A stretch of 64,000 bases of DNA, from the IMG/VR virus record IMGVR_UViG_3300025120_000019; one strand, given 5' to 3'. Source of the stretch: a virus. Positions 1 to 7,968 of the stretch are shown piece by piece. Positions within the stretch are counted from its first letter, which is position 1, and each line of letters starts with the position of its first letter. The notes under the pieces were generated by a model, which saw only the letters and a program-made list of their open reading frames with translations, searched no databases and was not told the DNA's origin. The position numbers and the translations under genes are program-made.

Positions 1-2
1 TA

Positions 3-221
3 GTTGGTAATAGTGATGAACAATGGGAAGAAATGGAAAGTGTAATTGCACAAATGCGTAGTGCAGGTGTTAAATGGCCCGTATGGGTTATGCCAGTTGG
101 TGCAAGAAGTGAAGAACAAGAAGCAACGGCAGGTGATGTTGCGGCTAGAGCCTTTAAACGTGGTTATAATGTTGCGGCAAGAGTACACGTATACTTGTTT
201 GGTAATGCAATAGGAACTTAA
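3..221 (+). CDS. queE: QueE-like radical SAM 7-carboxy-7-deazaguanine synthase, C-terminal fragment (5' end outside window)
   Basis: Frame is open from the window edge. The end '...WPVWVMPVG...YNVAARVHVYLFGNAIGT' resembles the QueE C-terminal 'MP.G ... RLH...WG' signature. Confidence 0.7.
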   Translation, partial: VGNSDEQWEEMESVIAQMRSAGVKWPVWVMPVGARSEEQEATAGDVAARAFKRGYNVAARVHVYLFGNAIGT

Positions 222-222
222 T

Positions 223-402
223 ATGATAACATATATAAAAAATTTATTTAAAAGTAAGCCGGCGAAGAAGCCTTACCATCCTCCATATCCGTTCGACGAG
301 CTTTATAATACACGTGACTATAAGAACGAACAACATGAAAAAGCAATGAAGGCACCAATTAAAAAAGATCTTGATGATAAAATAAGAAAGGCAGGATGGT
401 AA
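223..402 (+). CDS. Small hypothetical protein, 59 aa (not in ORF track)
   Basis: ATG at 223 to TAA at 400-402 (MITYIKNLFKSKPAKKPYHPPYPFDE...KAGW). It fills the gap exactly and its stop overlaps the next ATG (TAATG). Confidence 0.6.
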   Translation: MITYIKNLFKSKPAKKPYHPPYPFDELYNTRDYKNEQHEKAMKAPIKKDLDDKIRKAGW

Positions 403-785
403 TGAAAAAATGGCTTAAAGACATATCTGGTATAACAGCAAAAGAAAAAGAACTTGACAAAAAAGAAGATAAGGTTCTAATAAAGACAGATCCAAAGGCT
501 TATGCAACTAAAAAGAAAGAACCTTGGGTAAATGTTTTAGATGTAAAAGTTAATAAAGATAATGTTAGAAACGGGTTTTTTGAATTAGATTGGAACAAAT
601 ATTTTATTATTCAACTTATACAATCCGGTTATGGTGAAGAAGCAGATCCTGAAGAAGAAATTGTAGATAGATGGTTTAAGGACATTGTTTATAATATGCT
701 TGAACAAGAAGGACAAAGTACTGATAGAGGTGCTGGATATATTAATGTTGTTCCAATAGATAAAGGCAAGAGTGAAATTTCTTGA
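402..785 (+). CDS. Hypothetical phage protein
   Basis: ORF 396..785; ATG 402 is coupled to the upstream stop. Contains 'FFELDWNKYFI...EEEIVDRWF'; no function recognised. Confidence 0.75.
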   Translation: MKKWLKDISGITAKEKELDKKEDKVLIKTDPKAYATKKKEPWVNVLDVKVNKDNVRNGFFELDWNKYFIIQLIQSGYGEEADPEEEIVDRWFKDIVYNMLEQEGQSTDRGAGYINVVPIDKGKSEIS

Positions 786-1141
786 CAAATCGTATATAGG
801 AGTATTCTAATGAACAAAGAAGAAATTGGCGGAAACATAATTGAAAATCTTAGAGATGTTTACGATCCTGAAATTAGTATAAATGTATACGATTTAGGAT
901 TAATATACGATATTGATTTAGAAAAGTTGCCTACAGTAACAGTTACACATACATTAACTAGTGCGTTTTGTCCGTTTGCAGATCAAATCATTGCTGATAT
1001 TGAAGGTGCTACAGTTAGTGTAGAAGGTGTTGACAAAGTAGAAATTATAACAACCTTTGATCCTGAGTTTGGTCCGGACATGATGAGCGAAGATGCAAAA
1101 ATGATATTAGGAATATATTAATACTTGACAAATCGTATATA
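781..1141 (+). repeat. 18-bp direct repeat CTTGACAAATCGTATATA flanking sufT (781-798 and 1124-1141)
   Basis: Exact copies read directly from the sequence. The second copy continues as three 10-bp-period (A/T)ATCGTATAT units (1131-1160). Confidence 0.9.
810..1121 (+). CDS. sufT: SufT/DUF59-family Fe-S cluster assembly protein
   Basis: 'LRDVYDPEISINVYDLGLIYDI...TLTSAFCP...TFDPEFGPDMMSEDAK' matches the DPE..., T..CP and C-terminal DUF59 motifs. GGAG RBS upstream. Confidence 0.9.
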   Translation: MNKEEIGGNIIENLRDVYDPEISINVYDLGLIYDIDLEKLPTVTVTHTLTSAFCPFADQIIADIEGATVSVEGVDKVEIITTFDPEFGPDMMSEDAKMILGIY

Positions 1142-1153
1142 ATCGTATATTAT
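1125..1153 (+). promoter_or_regulatory. Sigma70-type promoter for the RNase H operon
   Basis: TTGACA(1125)-17 bp-TATTAT(1148). Confidence 0.7.
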
Positions 1154-1182
1154 CGTATATATAACAACTTATAGGCTAGATT

Positions 1183-2166
1183 ATGACTTACATTCTAATT
1201 GACACTGCTAATACATTCTTTCGTGCTCGTCATGTTGTTCGTGGCGATATTGATACAAAAATAGGCATGGCAATGCATATAACACTTGCAGGTATAAAAA
1301 AAGCATGGCGTGATTTTGATGGTAGTCATGTTGTGTTTTGCTTGGAAGGACGTAGTTGGCGTAAGGACTTTTATGAACCTTACAAACGTAATAGGCAAGT
1401 AGCACGTGATAAAATGACTGTTACTGAGTCTGAAGAAGATAAAGTGTTTTGGGAAATCTTTGATGAGTTCAAAGACTTTGTTAATGATAAAACAAATTGT
1501 ACTGTATTACAACACAAGCAACTAGAAGCAGATGATCTTATTGCAGGTTGGATACAAGCACACCCTAATGATGATCATGTAATTGTTTCAACAGATGGTG
1601 ACTTTGCACAGTTAGTTGCTCCTAATGTAAGGCAATATAATGGCATACAAGACATGACAATTACACACAAAGGTTACTTTGATAAGAAAGGTAATCCTGT
1701 AATTGACAAGAAGACTAAACTAGAAAAGCCTGCACCTATTCCAGAGTATATGTTATTTGAAAAGTGTATGCGTGGTGATACTAGTGATAATGTGTTTAGT
1801 GCATATCCCGGTGTACGTAAAAAAGGTACTAAGAATAAAGTTGGACTTGTTGAAGCATTTGCGGATAAAGATACTAAAGGCTATAATTGGAATAATATGA
1901 TGCTACAACGTTGGGTAGATCATAATGGTGACGAGCATCGTGTGTTAGATGATTATACACGCAATGTAACTTTGTGCGATTTAACTGCACAGCCACCTGA
2001 GATTAGAAATATAATTAACAAAACTATTGCGGACAATAGTAACTCAAAAGAAGTACAACAAGTTGGTATGAGACTGTTAAAATTTTGTGCTAAATGGGAT
2101 TTGCAACGTATTGCAGATCAAGCGGCTTCTTTTGCAGAACCATTACAAGCGAGGTATAAAGCATGA
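1183..2166 (+). CDS. rnh: T4-type RNase H / 5'-3' exonuclease (FEN family)
   Basis: ILID, 'SWRKDFYEPYKRNR', 'LEADDLIA', 'STDGDFAQL' and 'GDTSDNV' motifs. Confidence 0.9.
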   Translation: MTYILIDTANTFFRARHVVRGDIDTKIGMAMHITLAGIKKAWRDFDGSHVVFCLEGRSWRKDFYEPYKRNRQVARDKMTVTESEEDKVFWEIFDEFKDFVNDKTNCTVLQHKQLEADDLIAGWIQAHPNDDHVIVSTDGDFAQLVAPNVRQYNGIQDMTITHKGYFDKKGNPVIDKKTKLEKPAPIPEYMLFEKCMRGDTSDNVFSAYPGVRKKGTKNKVGLVEAFADKDTKGYNWNNMMLQRWVDHNGDEHRVLDDYTRNVTLCDLTAQPPEIRNIINKTIADNSNSKEVQQVGMRLLKFCAKWDLQRIADQAASFAEPLQARYKA

Positions 2167-2633
2167 CTGTAAAAGCAAAACCAATACTGAAAAATAAATT
2201 TTGGATAGTCGAAGAAGAAGGAATTAGAATTGGTACACTATCTAAAGAGGATGAAGGATTTGTTGTTGCCGCCAAAGGAACCGTAAGCCGATATAGTAAT
2301 GAGAACGCATTAAAACGTAAGCTTGGTAAAAACTTATTTGTTGCTACGTTACCGCCTAGCACTTCTAACGAAAAAGAAGTTCATGGTTATCCTACTAGAT
2401 CAGAGCCTTTTAATAGTATGTACGATATTAAAGAGAAATTGCCATTATTTACAAAAAGTAAAAAATCTAAAAGTTTATATAGTGCTGGATATTACCTTGT
2501 AAAATTTAATGTTAACTGGCTTAAAAGTTTTTGTCCAAAGCTGATTACATTACAACGTAATGAATATTTAGGACCGTTTAAAACAGAAATAGAAATGAAA
2601 GCCGCATTATCAAATGCCAATAGAACCTCTTAA
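2163..2633 (+). CDS. Hypothetical phage protein
   Basis: 156-aa ORF overlapping the rnh stop (ATGA). Confidence 0.8.
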   Translation: MTVKAKPILKNKFWIVEEEGIRIGTLSKEDEGFVVAAKGTVSRYSNENALKRKLGKNLFVATLPPSTSNEKEVHGYPTRSEPFNSMYDIKEKLPLFTKSKKSKSLYSAGYYLVKFNVNWLKSFCPKLITLQRNEYLGPFKTEIEMKAALSNANRTS

Positions 2634-2856
2634 TACTGCTAGTATACAACAATTTATACAACAAGTTAAAGCCGCTGAAAGTAGTCGTGCTAGAGAAATA
2701 AGACTTGATATGGTAAATGCAAAAAATCTTGCATTTACATTAGGTATCGTTATGGCACGTATGAACGGGGACTTAGAAAAATTTGTAAAAGAAAATGCTA
2801 GTACTAATATGGAAGATATTGAAGTAGTATTTGGTTCAGATTCTGACTGGAAATAA
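2614..2856 (+). CDS. Hypothetical phage protein
   Basis: 80-aa ORF in operon. Confidence 0.75.
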   Translation: MPIEPLNTASIQQFIQQVKAAESSRAREIRLDMVNAKNLAFTLGIVMARMNGDLEKFVKENASTNMEDIEVVFGSDSDWK

Positions 2857-2878
2857 TACCATATAACTCTTTTTAAAA

Positions 2879-2886
2879 GATAAATA
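2879..2886 (+). promoter_or_regulatory. Putative late promoter GATAAATA
   Basis: One mismatch from the T4 late consensus TATAAATA; intergenic, upstream of the 2916 ORF. Confidence 0.5.
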
Positions 2887-2915
2887 TATGCGTATATTAT
2901 TAATAAGGATCGCGA

Positions 2916-3200
2916 ATGAGTAGACCAAAACCAAATATATTATTAGAGTTTACTAACAATGTAACTTATAAATGTGAACAAGTTTTAGAAGCCGATGCCA
3001 TATGGGCTGTATTTTTTAAAAATAAACCATTTAACTTAAAAAGTAGTAATTCATTAACAAATTATCCAGGACCTAAATATAAGAAAACAAGTTTTTCTAA
3101 TCCTGGACACGCACACAATTTAGCAAAGAAACTCAACGAAATGTTCAAAACAGACGAATTTACAGTTGTAAAACTTGTCGAAGGTGAACAAATTGATTGA
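2916..3200 (+). CDS. Hypothetical phage protein
   Basis: 94-aa ORF (MSRPKP...KYKKTSFSNPGHA) with AAGGA RBS. Confidence 0.8.
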   Translation: MSRPKPNILLEFTNNVTYKCEQVLEADAIWAVFFKNKPFNLKSSNSLTNYPGPKYKKTSFSNPGHAHNLAKKLNEMFKTDEFTVVKLVEGEQID

Positions 3201-3589
3201 TGGCTAATAAAAACACCTATACAAAAATATTCTTAAAAGAGCTTGGTAAAAGTATCAATGATTTATCTGTAAAAGAATACTTACCATTATGGTGGAAAAA
3301 TACCAGAGAAAAGGACATTGGTGGATTAAGACTGACCGATGCTGGATACGAAACTATTAGAGAAATTGGGTTGGCAACATACGATATTCCTTATCCAAAA
3401 GATATGCCTATAACTACAAGTGTAATAATATATCTTGACAAATTTATAGATTGTCCTTATTATTTGACTAATCGGAGCATTACGGTAACAAATGAAAAGA
3501 AAGCAGTCGAATTAACACTTTTTAGTGGAGATTTACGAAAATATGGATTAACAAAAGCAATGAATAGATCTAAGACTGATGAGAATTGA
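3200..3589 (+). CDS. Hypothetical phage protein
   Basis: ATG coupled to the upstream TGA; contains 'GLRLTDAG' and 'CPYYL'. Confidence 0.8.
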   Translation: MANKNTYTKIFLKELGKSINDLSVKEYLPLWWKNTREKDIGGLRLTDAGYETIREIGLATYDIPYPKDMPITTSVIIYLDKFIDCPYYLTNRSITVTNEKKAVELTLFSGDLRKYGLTKAMNRSKTDEN

Positions 3590-3809
3590 TTTACATGGAT
3601 GTCATATACATGAAGGTTGGCGTAAATTTAACCAAAAAGTTGAAAATGCCTATTTGGAAGGTGTAAAACGTTGTACAGTAATTACAGGACAAGGCCAAAT
3701 GATGAAAGAATTTCCTACATGGGTAAGCAATCATCCCCGTATTAAAGAATATAGACAAACACAATATAACCCAGGATCTTTTACTATATTTTTTGTAAAA
3801 AAAGGTTGA
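3579..3809 (+). CDS. Stand-alone Smr (small MutS-related) domain protein
   Basis: 'IDLHG', 'VITGQG' and C-terminal 'NPGSF' match the Smr DLHG / TGxG / NxG motifs. Confidence 0.8.
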   Translation: MRIDLHGCHIHEGWRKFNQKVENAYLEGVKRCTVITGQGQMMKEFPTWVSNHPRIKEYRQTQYNPGSFTIFFVKKG

Positions 3810-3834
3810 CATTATATTAAAAAGATGCTACTGT
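3806..3834 (+). promoter_or_regulatory. Early sigma70-type promoter with extended -10
   Basis: ggTTGACA-N14-TGc-TACTGT. Confidence 0.65.
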
Positions 3835-3866
3835 TAATTATAAGTTAAACACATGAGAGGGCAACC

Positions 3867-4013
3867 ATGTACGCTATAGTAGATTTCGATACAAACACCA
3901 CACAGTTCTTTTCCTCATTCGATGCCGCAAGTGCCGCTATCACAGCACACACCGGAATCAATGTTGTTATAATTGACAACTCCGGAAAGTATCCACAAGC
4001 AGAAAAACTTTAA
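3867..4013 (+). CDS. Small hypothetical protein, 48 aa (not in ORF track)
   Basis: GAGGG RBS, ATG 3867, MYAIVDFDTNTTQFFSSFDAA...EKL*. Lies between two promoters. Confidence 0.65.
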   Translation: MYAIVDFDTNTTQFFSSFDAASAAITAHTGINVVIIDNSGKYPQAEKL

Positions 4014-4031
4014 AAAAATACACATTAGGGG

Positions 4032-4060
4032 TTGACAACTGATTCTTAATGTGCTATAAC
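4032..4060 (+). promoter_or_regulatory. Early sigma70-type promoter with extended -10
   Basis: ggTTGACA-N14-TGc-TATAAC. Confidence 0.7.
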
Positions 4061-4091
4061 TATTATATAGAGTTTAAACATAGAGGGCAAT

Positions 4092-4475
4092 ATGAAAAAA
4101 CTAAACGATATGTATGTTGGAGAACAAAAGGAATTGTTCGATAACTCCTGGGCAATCAATGAAGGTTTTAAATCACTTCAAGAAAAACTAAACGCACTTA
4201 TACCTATGCAAGGTGCAGTTGAATTTTCTAGATCTAAGAATAAAAACTTAGAAAAGTTTAGAGTAGCACAAAATCTTATATACGACCTTTTTAATAATGG
4301 TCTAATGAATAGAGGAGCTCACTTTAGACAATTTTTTGGTTTTGCAGTATACACAAGAGGCGGCATTAGTCAACATTACTTTCGTAGACTCGAAGAAGAG
4401 TTAGAACCAATTTTTACAAATATTATGCAAGAAGCCGCTAAAGAACAGTCTTTTGAGGAAGAAGCTAATGTCTAA
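4092..4475 (+). CDS. Hypothetical early protein
   Basis: 127-aa ORF with GAGGG RBS; contains 'YDLFNNGLMNR'. Confidence 0.8.
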   Translation: MKKLNDMYVGEQKELFDNSWAINEGFKSLQEKLNALIPMQGAVEFSRSKNKNLEKFRVAQNLIYDLFNNGLMNRGAHFRQFFGFAVYTRGGISQHYFRRLEEELEPIFTNIMQEAAKEQSFEEEANV

Positions 4476-4677
4476 ATATGGACCTTCTGTATATGCTAGT
4501 GAACATATCAACACTAAAGATCATTGGGCAGTAGGCATTCAGTGGCCAGTAGTTGGTAGCAAAGGTGACATATACACCGTAGAAATGCAAAACAAAGGAT
4601 TTAGTTGTGACTGTCCTGCATATAAAAAATGCAAGCACATTAAATTAATTGAAAAAACTTGGTTAGAAAAAGGTTGA
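4468..4677 (+). CDS. SWIM zinc-finger protein
   Basis: 'GSKGDIYTV...FSCDCPAYKKCKHI' matches CxC...CxH. ATG 4468 follows GAGG. Confidence 0.75.
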   Translation: MSKYGPSVYASEHINTKDHWAVGIQWPVVGSKGDIYTVEMQNKGFSCDCPAYKKCKHIKLIEKTWLEKG

Positions 4678-4702
4678 CATAGCATTATAATTTTGCTATA
4701 GT
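4674..4702 (+). promoter_or_regulatory. Early sigma70-type promoter with extended -10
   Basis: ggTTGACA-N14-TGc-TATAGT. Confidence 0.75.
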
Positions 4703-4744
4703 TAAGTATAAGCACTGATACACACATAAAAGAGGAATACGAAG

Positions 4745-5833
4745 ATGGACACACAAGTTCGAACAGTAAGCCCGAATAAAGCAAAGAAAAGCATTCGTAG
4801 GGCATTTGGAAAGAAAAGACCAATCTTTATCTGGGGACCTCCAGGCATTGGTAAATCCGATATTGTTAGGCAGATTACAGACGAAATGCCTAATAGTCTT
4901 TTAATAGATATTAGACTATCACTTTGGGAACCTACAGATATTAAAGGTATTCCATACTTTGATGCTAATCAAGGCAAAATGGTTTGGGGTGCACCTAGTG
5001 AATTACCAGACGAAGAAATGGCATCGCAATACGACAATATTGTTGTATTTTTTGATGAAATGAATTCATCTGCTCCGGCTGTACAAGCGGCGGCTTATCA
5101 GTTAATTCTAAATAGGCGTGTTGGACAGTATAAATTACCTGATAATGTAATTATTGTTGCGGCAGGTAATAGAGAAGCTGATAAAGGTGTTACTTATAGA
5201 ATGCCATCACCATTAGCTAATCGGTTTGTACACCTTGAACTTGCAGTTGATTTTGATGATTGGTTTGCTTGGGCAGTAAATAATACAATACATCAAGATG
5301 TAGTTGGTTATTTGCAGTTTGCAAAACAGGACTTATACGATTTTGATCCTAAAAGTCCAAGTCGTTCATTTGCTACACCACGTTCGTGGAGTTTTGTTAG
5401 TGAACTAATAGAAGAAGACGATCCAGACGAAGCTACAACTACAGACCTAGTAGCAGGTTCAGTAGGTGAAGGTTTGGCTGTAAAGTTTATGGCTCATAGA
5501 AAAGTAGCGGGAAATATGCCAAATCCAAGTGATGTTTTGGCAGGCAAAGTAAAAGAGCTTAATACAGAAGAAATCAGTGCAAAGTATTCCTTAACTGTAT
5601 CTCTTTGCTACGAGCTTAAAGAAGCAAGCGATAAAAATGATAAAAAGTTTGACGATAAAGTTAGTAACTTTTTAAGGTTTGCTATGGATAATTTTGAGAC
5701 TGAATTAGTAGTAATGGGTATTAAATTAGCTCTTACACAATACAATCTTCCAATTGATCCGGACGCAGTTGCTTGTTTTGATGAGTTCCATGACCGTTAT
5801 GGGAAATATATCAAGGCGGCCCAGAACGTTTAA
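4745..5833 (+). CDS. MoxR/AAA_5-type AAA+ ATPase
   Basis: Walker A GPPGIGKS, Walker B VFFDE, sensor 'AAGN', Arg-finger 'LANRF', 'TPRSW'. Confidence 0.9.
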   Translation: MDTQVRTVSPNKAKKSIRRAFGKKRPIFIWGPPGIGKSDIVRQITDEMPNSLLIDIRLSLWEPTDIKGIPYFDANQGKMVWGAPSELPDEEMASQYDNIVVFFDEMNSSAPAVQAAAYQLILNRRVGQYKLPDNVIIVAAGNREADKGVTYRMPSPLANRFVHLELAVDFDDWFAWAVNNTIHQDVVGYLQFAKQDLYDFDPKSPSRSFATPRSWSFVSELIEEDDPDEATTTDLVAGSVGEGLAVKFMAHRKVAGNMPNPSDVLAGKVKELNTEEISAKYSLTVSLCYELKEASDKNDKKFDDKVSNFLRFAMDNFETELVVMGIKLALTQYNLPIDPDAVACFDEFHDRYGKYIKAAQNV

Positions 5834-5846
5834 TGAGTCATATACT

Positions 5847-5878
5847 TGGGCAGTAATTAATTTTACTGCCCATTTTTT
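5847..5878 (+). terminator. Rho-independent terminator
   Basis: 10-bp stem TGGGCAGTAA / TTACTGCCCA, 6-nt loop, then T6. Confidence 0.85.
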
Positions 5879-5888
5879 CTATTTAAGG

Positions 5889-5917
5889 TTGACAAGTAGA
5901 TTAAATAATGCTATATT
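5889..5917 (+). promoter_or_regulatory. Early sigma70-type promoter with extended -10
   Basis: ggTTGACA-N14-TGc-TATATT. Confidence 0.7.
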
Positions 5918-5946
5918 AACGTATAACAATGAGGGAAGAGACTACA

Positions 5947-7380
5947 ATGGCACTGACACAGAAACAGATACAAGATGAAGATGATATGGTTAACGAAATT
6001 ATTGGACATGGTTTGTCCGATGTAAATTCAATGCCAGTACCAGGCTCTGCTCCAAAAATTGGTAAGAAACTTAAATCCTTAGGCAAAACTGTCGATAAGG
6101 TAAAGAAGAAACTAAAGAAAAAGAACTGGGAACCAGATCCTAATATTTCAGAAGAAGATCTTGAAGTTATGCGGAAAGAAGTTCTTGATAGAATAATTAC
6201 TGCTCGTGTTGGACTTTTACTAAGACATCCGTTTTTTGGTAATATGGCTACAAGGCTTAGGATTAAAGAAGCTGATAAACATATACCAACTGCGGCTGTA
6301 GATGGTCGTTTTCTTTATTTTAACACACAATTTTTTAATGCATTAAGTAATAAAGAAATAGAGTTTGTTATTGCCCACGAAATACTACACATGGTTTTTG
6401 ATCATCTTACACGTAGAGAAGATAGGCATCCTAAACTGTATAATATTGCTTGTGACTATAAAGTTAACAATTTACTAGTGCGTGATAGAATTGGTGAAAA
6501 ACCAAAAATAATCGAATGTTACCAAGATTTTAAATATGAAACTTGGACTAGTGAAGAAATATATGATGAGTTATATGAAAACGCAGAAAAAATAGATATA
6601 GATCAACTAGGTGAACTATTGGATGAACATTTTCAATGGGGAGAAGGTCCTGGTAATAGCGACGATGACAATAAAGATGGCGGAACAAAAGGTGAAACAA
6701 AAACACTGTCTGAAGAAGCTAAACAAGCTATTAAAGATGAAATAAAAGAAGCAGTAATGGCGGCGGCTCAAAGTGCTGGAGCAGGCAATGTTCCAGGTGA
6801 GATTGCTAGAATGATAAAAGAACTTACTGAACCTAAAATGAATTGGAGACAAATACTACGTCAACAAATTCAAAGTATAATAAAAAGTGATTACACATTT
6901 ATGCGTCCTAATAGAAAAGGATGGCATACTGGTGCAATACTTCCAGGTATGCAAGTTGAGGAAACTATTGATGTTTGTATTAGTATAGACATGAGCGGAT
7001 CAATTGGTGATAGTCAAGCCAAAGACTTTTTAAGTGAAATTAAAGGTATTATGGAAGAATATAAAGATTTTAAAATTAGAGTATGGTGCTTTGATACGAA
7101 GGTATATAATGAAGCAGTATTTACATCTGATGATGCTGACGATTTAGCTAATTATAATGTTGTTGGTGGCGGAGGTACTGACTTTATGACTAATTGGAGA
7201 TATATGAGAGAACATAATATAGAGCCTAAAAAACTTATTATGTTTACAGACGGATATCCTTTTGATTCTTGGGGCGAGACTGAGTATTGTGATACACTAT
7301 TTGTTATTCATAGTCATTCTAACAAAGAATTACAAGCACCATTTGGTACAACTGTTCATTATGAGGAAGCCGTTGCTTAG
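5947..7380 (+). CDS. DUF2201-type metallopeptidase + vWA-like domain protein (AAA+ partner)
   Basis: 'PTAAVDG', HEILH zincin motif, 'NIACDYKVN', MIDAS 'DMSGS', 'GGGGTDF', 'FTDG'. Confidence 0.85.
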   Translation: MALTQKQIQDEDDMVNEIIGHGLSDVNSMPVPGSAPKIGKKLKSLGKTVDKVKKKLKKKNWEPDPNISEEDLEVMRKEVLDRIITARVGLLLRHPFFGNMATRLRIKEADKHIPTAAVDGRFLYFNTQFFNALSNKEIEFVIAHEILHMVFDHLTRREDRHPKLYNIACDYKVNNLLVRDRIGEKPKIIECYQDFKYETWTSEEIYDELYENAEKIDIDQLGELLDEHFQWGEGPGNSDDDNKDGGTKGETKTLSEEAKQAIKDEIKEAVMAAAQSAGAGNVPGEIARMIKELTEPKMNWRQILRQQIQSIIKSDYTFMRPNRKGWHTGAILPGMQVEETIDVCISIDMSGSIGDSQAKDFLSEIKGIMEEYKDFKIRVWCFDTKVYNEAVFTSDDADDLANYNVVGGGGTDFMTNWRYMREHNIEPKKLIMFTDGYPFDSWGETEYCDTLFVIHSHSNKELQAPFGTTVHYEEAVA

Positions 7381-7660
7381 AAAAATTAAAACTAATCCTT
7401 TTGATATTTTAGGCATAAGAAGGTTAAACTTCTGCCCTCCTGCGTTCGAAACTGTAAACTTACAAAGAACATACAATATCGAATCAGCAGTTTCTGAATG
7501 GATAACCGATAATCTATCAGGTAGATATTTTTTAGGAGAAAATGTTGCTTTATCTAAAGAAGACGAATCAATACAAACTGTCTATACAGTAGGCTTTGAA
7601 GAAACAAAAGAAATGAGTTTATTCATGTTAGCTTGTCCACATTTGAAATATACAAGCTAA
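7373..7660 (+). CDS. Hypothetical phage protein
   Basis: 3' part of ORF 7262..7660; probable start TTG 7373 (or ATG 7361). Confidence 0.7.
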   Translation: MLRKIKTNPFDILGIRRLNFCPPAFETVNLQRTYNIESAVSEWITDNLSGRYFLGENVALSKEDESIQTVYTVGFEETKEMSLFMLACPHLKYTS

Positions 7661-7694
7661 GATCAACATAATTATATATACAAGGAGTTAAAAT

Positions 7695-7964
7695 ATGAAT
7701 GATCAACCACAAGCACCGACGCCGGATCCAAATGAATTAAATATACAGGACTTAGCATTGGCCAGAGCTGTAATTGAATTATCCACAGAACGTGGAACAT
7801 TTAAGGCTAATGAACTAGCTAATGTTGGTGCTCTTTATAATAAATTAGATGCTTTCTTAAAAACTGTAGAAGAACAAGCTAAAGCGGCAAAAGAAGCACA
7901 AGAACAAGCGGCACAAGCCCCCGTAGCACAACCAGCAGAACAACCTGCTGAAACGAAGGAGTAA
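7695..7964 (+). CDS. Hypothetical phage protein
   Basis: AAGGAG RBS; 'LNIQDL...RGTFKANELANVGALYNKL'; Ala/Gln/Pro-rich tail. Confidence 0.85.
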   Translation: MNDQPQAPTPDPNELNIQDLALARAVIELSTERGTFKANELANVGALYNKLDAFLKTVEEQAKAAKEAQEQAAQAPVAQPAEQPAETKE

Positions 7965-7968
7965 TATA

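Noticed and set aside
1131-1160. Tandem ATCGTATAT units as a CRISPR array or origin iterons
   Set aside because: Only three 10-bp units with no spacers, embedded in a promoter.
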